A DNA stretch of 64,000 nt from positions 1 to 64,000 of IMG/VR virus record IMGVR_UViG_3300027733_000042. One strand, written 5' to 3'. Origin of the DNA: a virus. Shown here piece by piece: positions 44,584 to 54,600 of this stretch (its first letter is position 1; every line of letters begins with the position of its first letter). The notes beneath the pieces are model-generated. The model was not told the DNA's origin. It did no database searches and saw only the letters and a list, made by a program, of their open reading frames with translations. The position numbers and the translations under genes were made by a program.

Positions 44584-46728
44584 TTATCTGTTTTTTGCAA
44601 TATATGGAATATTTAATTGTGGTCTACAATTATCAATTAGCAGTAACATTGATTCATCCTTAATAAATTGTTGACTTAGGATAAAATCATGCTGTTCTTC
44701 CTTGACCATCGTATTAAATAGTCTTAAATTTGTTATCAATAGAGTTGATGTCGGTAGAGTATAATACTGAGTTAGATTGAATGTGGTCTGAGTCAGAGAT
44801 GACGCACTTGAAAAGATCTTTTTAAAATCATTGTGATTTATTACATCTGATTGATCTTCTTCAATCGAATATACATAGACTCCGCACTGTTTAAATTCAT
44901 TAGATGCAGAGACAATTAGTCCGTGCCATGCATCACTCTTGAAATTAGCAATATTATATGCTTTGACTTGTGAATTAATAGTGACCGTGATATTTAGGTC
45001 TCCTTCAGGCTGCGTACTGATATATCGGGTAAAATGTGCAGTTGCCTTGAACCCAGTGCCAGTTTCATTATCGTATCCATCTAGGAAACTAATTGAACTT
45101 GCGGCTGCTGGAACATTAAATAAACACGTAAATGAAATATTTTTCGAATCAGTTAAGTTAAATTTCGGTTGAGCTGAATAGACTACTGCAGTCTGACGAA
45201 CTTTAAATTTAGCGTAATCTTTTCCACCAACTGTATCGATTAAGATATCCCGCTGATCTTTAAATGTTAAATTACGATATGCTTCAACTCGGATATATCG
45301 ACCAGAGTCAGATTGTCCAATATGATTTGGAATTGTATCAAATGGTCCGCGAACTCGACAAAATAGAGTAGAAGTACTTTTGACATTTTTATCGTTTGTC
45401 ATCAGAGCACTGTTTTTCCAAGCAGTATACATTTCGCTGCCCTGATATGCAAGTACTACATCATTTGATTGTATAACATTTGTTTCTAAACTTGGCAGAG
45501 TTGCAAGATTCATGCTTTCTGCAGTTAGAATTGGGTCATTTGTTAATTCATAATTTAAGTCAGATAATGGAATAGTACTTAAGTCATAGTAGTTATCGAT
45601 TAGACTTGCAAAATTAAATGTGTATTTTAGTGGACGAATTGAAACTTCCGGATGGATCGCTCGACGCGAAGAGTCAAACGTGGTTGAAATAGTTGAGTAT
45701 TGCTCTGGCATCGTTCCGTCCTTTATGTCATCCTTTACTGCTTCACTAAATAGTTGATCTGCACTAAGTATTACATTGTCCAAGAAGTGACGTGCGTCAT
45801 CCTTGAGCAGCATGTCGATGTTTGGACTGAATTTTTTAAGCTGTATTTTCCAAAAGGTCGGAGACATCATAAATCCACGGTGCAGATATGAGCCTTGAAT
45901 TTCAAACATACGATTTAGTAATGGAAAATATAAGAAGTCCCTCTTTCGAGGTTCTGAGTTTGTTCCAAAAATTGATTGAAAATATCGATGGTCTAGATGT
46001 ATCTCAAATGGCATTTGAAAATCTATTCCAAATTCAGCATATTTCGGCATGTTACTTGGGAATGCATTCTTTGGAACCATTACTTTAACACACTTACGAT
46101 CGACATTTTTATATAGTGTCCACTCTTTAAATACATAATCGCCGCTGTCTGCTTCAGGTAGGGTTCTAAAATAGACGACCTGGTGGCCATATAGTTGATT
46201 TGTAAAATAAGACATCTCCTGATACATACTAACTGCACTACCGACTTCATATGGTCTGAAGCTTGGATCGCGGTTAGTAATAATTGAGATACTTTTCTCA
46301 TCAGAACAAGAAGAAACTGGAGTAAACGTGGTTGGAATATTTACGCCGACTTCAAATCGAAGTTTAATCTCATTGACCTGAATAACTGATGATAATTCAT
46401 TTGCTGTTCCATCATCGTACTCATATTTAACTTCAAAATAGAAATCATCTGCTTTATCTAGGAAGATAGACGCAGCATCTCCCAAGTTGCCTGGAGAAAC
46501 TTCATACCATAGAGACCAGTCCAGCCTGTTTCTAGAGTATCTAATATATCGCTTAAGATTGGTTAGGTCAAGTGCAGTAGGTGAAGTAGTAAGTACATCT
46601 TCTACGAAATCTGTAAAGTTGACAATTCCACATACCGGATCAAGGGTAGAGAAAATTCTAAAGTTTTTACTAAACGTTAACGAATTTTTCTGTGGGTCTA
46701 TTAAAATTTTTACGGTAGTCTTTATCAT
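44584..46728 (-). CDS. Neck protein (T4 gp14-like core) with a C-terminal LamG-like domain
   Basis: LYGHQVVYFR..FGIDF..EPRKRDFLYFPLLNRMFEI..WKIQLKKF. WHGLIVS..NLRLFN. Confidence 0.65.
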   Translation of the reverse strand: MIKTTVKILIDPQKNSLTFSKNFRIFSTLDPVCGIVNFTDFVEDVLTTSPTALDLTNLKRYIRYSRNRLDWSLWYEVSPGNLGDAASIFLDKADDFYFEVKYEYDDGTANELSSVIQVNEIKLRFEVGVNIPTTFTPVSSCSDEKSISIITNRDPSFRPYEVGSAVSMYQEMSYFTNQLYGHQVVYFRTLPEADSGDYVFKEWTLYKNVDRKCVKVMVPKNAFPSNMPKYAEFGIDFQMPFEIHLDHRYFQSIFGTNSEPRKRDFLYFPLLNRMFEIQGSYLHRGFMMSPTFWKIQLKKFSPNIDMLLKDDARHFLDNVILSADQLFSEAVKDDIKDGTMPEQYSTISTTFDSSRRAIHPEVSIRPLKYTFNFASLIDNYYDLSTIPLSDLNYELTNDPILTAESMNLATLPSLETNVIQSNDVVLAYQGSEMYTAWKNSALMTNDKNVKSTSTLFCRVRGPFDTIPNHIGQSDSGRYIRVEAYRNLTFKDQRDILIDTVGGKDYAKFKVRQTAVVYSAQPKFNLTDSKNISFTCLFNVPAAASSISFLDGYDNETGTGFKATAHFTRYISTQPEGDLNITVTINSQVKAYNIANFKSDAWHGLIVSASNEFKQCGVYVYSIEEDQSDVINHNDFKKIFSSASSLTQTTFNLTQYYTLPTSTLLITNLRLFNTMVKEEQHDFILSQQFIKDESMLLLIDNCRPQLNIPYIAKNR

Positions 46729-46829
46729 TACTTGCCTACTGATGCTTTATGTTATTTATTTATTTGTTAAGAATAAACTAAACTGATATTCGCCGCGTAG
46801 TAAAATAAATAATAAAAAGAAGATTAACT

Positions 46830-47651
46830 TTGAAAAAGGATTTTATATTAGACCCGCTCTGGATTACCCAAGGCACCTATTTAGACTCGGAATACTTTAA
46901 CTATGTTCTCTTGGGTGCCAGTGTGAAGTATAAAGAGGAGATCGCAGCTGATAATATTGACCGATTTTATGAGGTCATGTTTCATATACTTAATTTGAAC
47001 AATTTAGCCGTGACCGGTAACATATTTACTGCAAAATACAAAGAAATTTGGAAAGAAGCTAGAATTAAACAGATTCAGGATGAATTGAAGAAAGTATATG
47101 ACTTGCCTGAAGAAACTGCAAAGATTTTTAAGAATGCAAATTACGTGTTCTTGAATATTGCTATTGAGTACATGAAGATTCATCTTGATATCTTGGACAA
47201 GATTAAATTATTTCATATGAATAGAGATATTCATTGTGAAAAAGAAATATTTATTGTAACAAATAAACTTGGAACAAATATTTATCGAATTTGGAAGCTG
47301 TCAGATGACCCAAAAAGAAACTTTGGCTACTCTTTCTCAAAGGTAAAAACGATCACTATTCCAGACCTGGCAAGTAATTCATTTGGAACAGCCGCTGATG
47401 CAATAAATGATCCAAAGCTAATTGGATTAACTAGTAGTAAAAATGTATGTTTTGCCGTTATTCAAGAGAAAGAAGATGAATCCATGGTTGCAAAAACTGT
47501 GAAGGACACCCTGCTTCTAAATAAAGGCATTGCTAAGAATCGCGGGTTTGAACCGCTCCTAATTGCCGAGTTATATCGTTATATTTGGATAGAAAAAATG
47601 TTACCATTTACGCTAAGTCAATGGAGATCAGAAAATGTTAAAGAACTTTAA
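46830..47651 (+). CDS. Hypothetical protein
   Basis: 273-aa ORF with TTG start. Late promoter at 46804-46811. Confidence 0.7.
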   Translation: MKKDFILDPLWITQGTYLDSEYFNYVLLGASVKYKEEIAADNIDRFYEVMFHILNLNNLAVTGNIFTAKYKEIWKEARIKQIQDELKKVYDLPEETAKIFKNANYVFLNIAIEYMKIHLDILDKIKLFHMNRDIHCEKEIFIVTNKLGTNIYRIWKLSDDPKRNFGYSFSKVKTITIPDLASNSFGTAADAINDPKLIGLTSSKNVCFAVIQEKEDESMVAKTVKDTLLLNKGIAKNRGFEPLLIAELYRYIWIEKMLPFTLSQWRSENVKEL

Positions 47652-48606
47652 TCAATTTATTACTGAAGCTCGAGGATTCTCGACAACCGTTGAGGAATAT
47701 GCACAAGTGTGTAAGACTCTAATCAACGCAACGCTCGACAAATATATCGCTGCGAATAGGACTGAGTTTACTAATTTTAGTAAGTCGATTATACTTAAAG
47801 ATGCCTATCTAGAAGTATCTCAGGAGGCCGCTACTAAATTTCCATTAGACCAAATTAAGATACTGTTTGAGATTTCGGCAGTTGACGAGGAGGAATTTAT
47901 TCCCTATGCTGCGCACTATCAACGCAATTACAATAAAGTAAAATTAATTGAAGGTAAGGGTGTCAAAGTAAAAATTGATATGTTGTGTAAATTTGTTGTG
48001 CCGAAGACCGGTGGTCAAATTGATCGAGCAGTAATCAATAAGTATTTGGACGATATTTTAAATCATGAATTGACTCATGCATACAATGATTACAAAGATC
48101 CAAATTTCTTTAAAGACTATCGTCTTGGTATGACGACTCAGTATGCTGCAGAAACATATCCATACTTGATGAAGTCTCGAGTGCTTAAGCTATTTTTTGA
48201 TTTGCTCTATGTCTTAACACCGACTGAGATAAAGGCAATTGCTGGTGAGCGTAGCGAATTTAAAAGTCAAGAAGAATTACGTGAATATAGTGGATATCGG
48301 TGGTCACAACTCGCAAGAGATTTTGACCCAGATGAATATTATGAAATTATCCTTTCCCAAATCGAAGATCGCCGATTCGTTCAATATATTGATACGAAAT
48401 TTGGTGAATTCTTTGTAAATGTATATGTTGACTCTGTACACCAAGACAGTGCAACAGTTGACCCTAAAATTCTTAGACTTAAGAAATCTGCAGGTTTAAT
48501 GGATGTGTTACGCTTCTTTGAACAAAGAATACATAAGGGCGGCCAAGAACTTTTTAGGAAATTGGCCGCGAAAGTTACTGATCAAGGATCCGGTAAACTT
48601 ATCTAG
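47635..48606 (+). CDS. Putative zincin metalloprotease
   Basis: ILNHELTHAY (HExxH) plus a downstream YVLTPTEIKA third-ligand Glu. N-terminal MLKNFNQFITE. Confidence 0.7.
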   Translation: MLKNFNQFITEARGFSTTVEEYAQVCKTLINATLDKYIAANRTEFTNFSKSIILKDAYLEVSQEAATKFPLDQIKILFEISAVDEEEFIPYAAHYQRNYNKVKLIEGKGVKVKIDMLCKFVVPKTGGQIDRAVINKYLDDILNHELTHAYNDYKDPNFFKDYRLGMTTQYAAETYPYLMKSRVLKLFFDLLYVLTPTEIKAIAGERSEFKSQEELREYSGYRWSQLARDFDPDEYYEIILSQIEDRRFVQYIDTKFGEFFVNVYVDSVHQDSATVDPKILRLKKSAGLMDVLRFFEQRIHKGGQELFRKLAAKVTDQGSGKLI

Positions 48607-48612
48607 TCTAGG

Positions 48613-51600
48613 TTAAGCTCCAGCATATATTATATAATTCATAACTATGAATTCTGGTGAGGGGTCTGTTCCAATACCGGTTGATGATAGTATATCACCA
48701 ACAGTATCAAACGGATAAGTCGCTGAGTCATATCCTACAGGAATACGGTGTTTTAAATTAGGTACCCTAAAGTTAGTTCCAGAAGTGGATCCATAAACTG
48801 TGCCAAGTGCAGCAAATAATGTAACATACGTATATCTACTATGCAGTGTCCCATCGCAGAATAACCAGCCGTTCGGTGCAGTGGTTCCAGCAAATGGAAC
48901 AGTTACTCCAATTGGCACTGCACCTAGTCCAGCAATAACTCCATTGACTAATAAGTTATCTCCAATTTCGACTGGTCCGCCGACATTTAATCCACCACCA
49001 ATATTTGCATTTTGAGTTACGTCAAGTTGATCTGCACGCAGTGATTCGATATGTGCACCGCCGGTATAAATACCATCAAAATCAATAGCGATAAGTGATT
49101 CAACATTTGTAGTATCATCACTACTACTATGTATACCAACATAAATATGTTTTCCGACAACCAAGAATCGTGACGCTAAGAAGTTTAAATCTTTACAATA
49201 TACTTGTGTTGGAGGGCTAGTTACTGACCATGTAGAATTAGTAGTGTCCACTCCTCCAGAAACATCAACTTTAAATGCATAGGATGTTGATTTATCTGAA
49301 TTAACTGCTAGAACATATAGGCTATTCCCTAACTGTTTCATATCATATATCTCACAGGTACCGCTAGGAATAGTTAGAGTCAGCTCGGTAATTTTGTCAT
49401 ATATGTGTCTGCACGGATCTGCATCATCACTAAGATCTCCAGCAGCTGATGGCAACATTAAATCAAATATTGTTATTTTATTACCGTATCCGGCGTAAAT
49501 ATATTTTTTATTTGCAACAATTGCACCACGTTTATTTACAGATGGAAAACTATCAATCGGTATTGCAGTCTCGTACGCTACGTGCAAACTGCCAAGTCCA
49601 TCCCAGGAAATGTTACCAGTCTTATTGTTTAAATTAAATACGTCAATTCTTACTTGATAATCGGTGCTTATTTCGTGATTTCCGCCACTATGTTGCCAAG
49701 TAAGAGTTATAACCTTATCATCAACGATATCCATATCAAGTATGGCATTCTCACGATATCTGAACGGTGCGGACACAGTTGATTCAAACATGGCTGGGAC
49801 AGCTGAATTTACCACGACTGGAGTGGTAGGATCGGTAATATTAATTGTCGTGACTCCGCCAAGGGATTCGGTGTTAAATACTCCAAGTAATGTGTATAGA
49901 CCGTTTGTTGCAACAACTGCATGATTGCCAGCAATCAATACACGATATGCACTATTTAATTCCGGAGAATCACCGCCAGGCGCCCCATATCCAAGTCGAG
50001 AGATTCGGCGTGGTGCAGTGTTCCTAACACTATCAAGTTCACATATTTGGAAATATGTTCGGTAGAATAGATGTGCTGGACTGGCCGTATGGTTTGGAGT
50101 ACGGTCGTTATGTTGATTATTCACAACATACATGTATTTTCCAGCAATTGCAATATCTGCTGCTCCTGGACCAACTAGTGAATCAGAACTATTATACGAA
50201 TCAGTAGAAACAAAACACCCTGGCAGATGTGCTATTACATTTGTCGTTGTTCCATCAAATTTTGCAGACCATTCTGAGATCGGATTATTTGGGTTCTCTA
50301 TTGTAAATCTATCAAAATACCCATATTTTTCTACTAATGTCGTCGGGTTCGGATCGCCAGAAACAGTATAAATAGTATTTCCATCTCGAGCAATTCCCAT
50401 ATGACCTAAGAACGAACTTGGTGAAACATTCGCAGATACTTCAACGTCTACTGCTCTAGGCTCAGTCGTTGCCACTTGGATAATATTTCCACCATTCTGT
50501 AAAACGTCGTCATTTAAGTATATTCCATTAAGATCAGAAGCAGCGGTCATCATAAAATAATCTTTCGCTGGATGATTTGTGATATATCCAGTCTCAGCCG
50601 GAAGATTTGCAATCAGATAGTCTTTTGCGATTCCAATATTTGCTCCATTGATTCCACCATCAGATAGGTAAAATAAGATACCGTCTGCTAAATTTCCAGT
50701 GTTTCCAGTAATTTCATTAAGCCCGTATTTTGAACCAATATATACATGGGCTGATTCGTTTACTGAATCAATAATATTTGCCTTTGGTGTAATAAATTCA
50801 AAAACTCCATTAAAATTACGAGTAAATAGAACTCCAGTCTCAGGTATATCCATTGAAAACTGTGCAACATTGTAGTGATCAGAATATACTCCGCCTGGCG
50901 GAATTACTCTAAGATATCGCATCTTATAGTTTTCGTAAACATTTGTGAGTATCGGATTTGGATCAGGCAGAGTATCATCTTGGTATAACTCACCTAATTC
51001 TACATGATATCTACCAATCGAACCAAATCGGTGGTCAACATAGATTGATAATAGTGAATTATAGAGAGTCTCAGTACCAATTTGTGGCATGACCGGCGTT
51101 TCCGCAGGACCATATATAAATCCTGGAGGAATTAGGGCAGCCATCGTATCCTCATCAAAATTATTTAAGAAGAGTATATCGTTATTTGCATTGTTTCCGC
51201 CAACTCCACCAAGTGTAACGTCAGTTATATTGTCTGAACGACGATTGAATAGGATAAATCGATCATCATTTGGAGAACCAATACCTAATCCTCTAGTGAA
51301 TGGTGAAGGTGAACCGGCTAGGTAATTATTAATAATTGCAGTTAGATCAAATAAGAAATTCCATGAAGTTCCATCCCATTGCCATACTGCAAAATTTGAT
51401 GAGTCTAAATAAAAATCACCAGGTAATAAATCATCGGGAATAGCTGGATCATCGACAATCGTAGGATCACCCGGCCCAACAAACCAGATATTTCCTCTAG
51501 TTCCATCTGGACCTTGAATACCGCCAGGACCAGCTGATCCTTGATTACCAAGGAATCCTCTTAACCCCTGCTCTCCAATGCCTAACTCTAATAATTTATT

Positions 51601-51681
51601 AAAGTTGAAGTTTATTTTATCAATTGAAATTTCCTGAGCGTCTGCTGGAAATAGTTCTTTTAAATTAATTCGTATTGGCAT
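48613..51681 (-). CDS. Tail fibre protein (collagen-like stretch, LVIVD-like propeller, C-terminal tail collar domain)
   Basis: GEQGLRGFLGNQGSAGPGGIQGPDG. DIAIAGKYMYVV and INITDPTTP. VPIGVTVPFAGTTAPNGWLFCDG..LFAALGTVYG..FRVPNL. Confidence 0.85.
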   Translation of the reverse strand: MPIRINLKELFPADAQEISIDKINFNFNKLLELGIGEQGLRGFLGNQGSAGPGGIQGPDGTRGNIWFVGPGDPTIVDDPAIPDDLLPGDFYLDSSNFAVWQWDGTSWNFLFDLTAIINNYLAGSPSPFTRGLGIGSPNDDRFILFNRRSDNITDVTLGGVGGNNANNDILFLNNFDEDTMAALIPPGFIYGPAETPVMPQIGTETLYNSLLSIYVDHRFGSIGRYHVELGELYQDDTLPDPNPILTNVYENYKMRYLRVIPPGGVYSDHYNVAQFSMDIPETGVLFTRNFNGVFEFITPKANIIDSVNESAHVYIGSKYGLNEITGNTGNLADGILFYLSDGGINGANIGIAKDYLIANLPAETGYITNHPAKDYFMMTAASDLNGIYLNDDVLQNGGNIIQVATTEPRAVDVEVSANVSPSSFLGHMGIARDGNTIYTVSGDPNPTTLVEKYGYFDRFTIENPNNPISEWSAKFDGTTTNVIAHLPGCFVSTDSYNSSDSLVGPGAADIAIAGKYMYVVNNQHNDRTPNHTASPAHLFYRTYFQICELDSVRNTAPRRISRLGYGAPGGDSPELNSAYRVLIAGNHAVVATNGLYTLLGVFNTESLGGVTTINITDPTTPVVVNSAVPAMFESTVSAPFRYRENAILDMDIVDDKVITLTWQHSGGNHEISTDYQVRIDVFNLNNKTGNISWDGLGSLHVAYETAIPIDSFPSVNKRGAIVANKKYIYAGYGNKITIFDLMLPSAAGDLSDDADPCRHIYDKITELTLTIPSGTCEIYDMKQLGNSLYVLAVNSDKSTSYAFKVDVSGGVDTTNSTWSVTSPPTQVYCKDLNFLASRFLVVGKHIYVGIHSSSDDTTNVESLIAIDFDGIYTGGAHIESLRADQLDVTQNANIGGGLNVGGPVEIGDNLLVNGVIAGLGAVPIGVTVPFAGTTAPNGWLFCDGTLHSRYTYVTLFAALGTVYGSTSGTNFRVPNLKHRIPVGYDSATYPFDTVGDILSSTGIGTDPSPEFIVMNYIIYAGA

Positions 51682-51683
51682 CT

Positions 51684-54600
51684 TTAGATGAATTTAATTT
51701 TTATCTTCGGACTGATATCTTGTCCAGCTGCCGTTGATTTTGGTATGCTGAAGCTTAATATTAATCTGTCTGTTTTATTTATTTGCACATTTTTGAATTC
51801 TGCGTAACCTAAAGCTTTGCGCTGAATATCATCTAAGAATACAAACGAGATCGGATTTGAATTTTGTACTGTCTTTGTTGAAAAAAGGCTAGCATTTCTT
51901 TTACTAAAGAATTCAATAGTGTCTGTATTGTATAGTTTGAGAATATTTAATTTTATGTAATCCTTAACATATTCTTGAATTGTGACGTAGTTTCCAATAA
52001 ACTCATTTGAATTTACTAGATAATCATTGAATTTTTGTTCGATTCCATCAGCAATAAGGTAATTAGTGATTGCATTGTTTAAATTAATAAATCCATCAAG
52101 ACTAGAGGTTCCCTCTTTTGCAACAATTTCAATTTGAGTAAGGTCAACATCTGATAATTTTTGGCTATCTGTTAGCATTACTATATTAAACTGGGTAAGG
52201 TATAGTGTTTCAGGAACAGTTAATATTTTACCTAAGAAATTTTCATCTTCTTCTACTCGAACTGCACCAGATGCTGCAGAATATTCAGTTTTACTAGAAT
52301 ATCTGTGGTGAAAGCCCCAATCCCAATTACTATTTAGTAGGAAATGCGGAGCTTGACCGATTGCGACTTCACCAATTTTTGGATAAATTGGAAGATGTGC
52401 AGGATCAGATTCAAGATCGAGTATCTTGGTGTTAGCTACCTTAATATGATTAAAATTAGCCAGAGTCAATAAGTTATCGATTTGTGTATTCAATCGAGTA
52501 TTACTTAATGGTAAATCGTTTATCTTATTTTTAAAAAATTTGAAATTTGATTTGCAATATAATACATCGTGTGTAATAGGTTCATATCCACCAGGATAAC
52601 GATTTAGCTCAACAATATTGTTTAATTTAGCCTGTTCATATTGATATCCAATTTCATTATTAAATGAGAATTGAGTTGGAACATCAATATCTGAGTTAAT
52701 AATAATTTGACTTGTATTTTCAACATTTGCAACATCTGGAATCTCTAAATAGAATTTAGGGTCAGGTGATAACTGACTCACTCCATTTATATCTAGAGAG
52801 TATGATTCAAATTCAATAATTGGATCAAGAGTATTTAGGTATTGTTTAAATTTAGAAAAAGACAGTTTTTGTAATAACTTTTCAAAATAGTTCTTACCTC
52901 CGCCAATCACAAAGAATGTGAAGTAATTTCGGACAACTACTGTGAATCCAGAAGGCAGCGGTAGATTTTGGAAAATTGAAGTAAATGGCGGAAGACTAAT
53001 TGGAGTTACTAAACTTAAATCTGCACCACCTAGAATATCATCAAGACTAAAATTAAGACGATCATCTATTGCACTATCAATTGGATTTGAGTTTTGTGGA
53101 GCAAATGCTGAATTCGTTTGGTCAATAATATAAAATATTCCAGATGCAGAGTTGCGCATTGCAACTAGACCTAGGTTACTAATTGGTGTAAATTCATCGG
53201 CTAGTGATGCTGGATAATTTGAAATACTTGGTATTTGGGTTGATTTAATTGTTCCTGAGACTGGCGGACCTGCGACAAAATTAACACCATTTGTGCCAGC
53301 AACTGAAATTGCAAGCTGTGATGATAATTTTATATTTGAGAAGTTATCAAGTCTAGAGTTATATTTTTTATTCTTTAGAGAATAAAGTAGAGTATGATTT
53401 AGGTTTGACACATCAACTCCATCTACTTGTTCAAATTGAATTCGATAATCTCCATATATTGTCTCAAATGGAAGATCTCCACCAATTAGTGGTCCAGCAT
53501 AAAATGTTTCATTAGGTGGAACAACTGATGGTTTTGCACTTGAGAGGCCAACTGGTGAACCCATAATTATGAATTGCTTCCAAAATGAATTAATTTGATC
53601 AATTGAACCAATTGCAAGTTCAATAACTAGTGTTATAAATTTATAGTCGGTGTGCTCAATAAATCTAAATCGGATTGGCGGCTGATCGCGATTGAAGAAA
53701 TCTTCCTTCACCGGTTTTAAGACGCAGCTAAATTTATAGCCATCGAATCTAGAAGTAGAGTCAGTTGCCACAGGTTTACCGTCTGCTCCAAATACAGTTG
53801 AATTATGAACATCATTAAATATTAACTTAAATCCTTTGAAAAAAGCCTCATATTGTCCTGCAATATTCTTAAATACTTCTGAATATCTGAATTGAGTTGG
53901 TGCAACGTCTAAGTCCTCTCCATTTATGTCAGTTCCAAATTTTGGAGTATACGTAAAATATTCAATAAAATAATTTGGGTCACTTAGTAATTTTGTAATA
54001 TCGAGTGGCTTGTCAAAATAGTAATTATTTTGCTTAGCTGTCGCTAACGTATCTAGATAATTGAATCGACTCTCAATATAGAACCACTCATGGGTAAAAT
54101 TATTTGGGTTTTGTGAACGATCAGTATGATCTGGTGAAAAATTATTTCTACCAAATACAATTTCTGTATTTAATCGATATGGATTATCTCTAGAATCGAG
54201 TCCATTTTTTATTCCCCATTTTGTGATATATGGAATAATTTTTGAACGCAATGCAAAATCAATACTTTCATTTTCTTTATAGAAGTCATATTCTGTTTGG
54301 GTTAACCCATTTACATATTTTGTCTTTATTGCATATTCGTCAGATGAGTCAGCTGCAATAACTTTAGTTGGATCTTTAAGAATTGAGAAACCGGAAAAAT
54401 TACGTAATTCCAAATTCTCATCTTTGATTGGACACATAAGTACATCACCAGGTGTAAATTTTGTTGTTTGTGATATGATTGGGGAGCCGATATAATTTGA
54501 ATAATAACATGGCTGAGTCACTGTAAATTCTATGATAGGATTAATAGTGGTTCCAGGCAAAGCGACTTGATAGATATTCCAAGAAGATAAAGGAGTCAAT

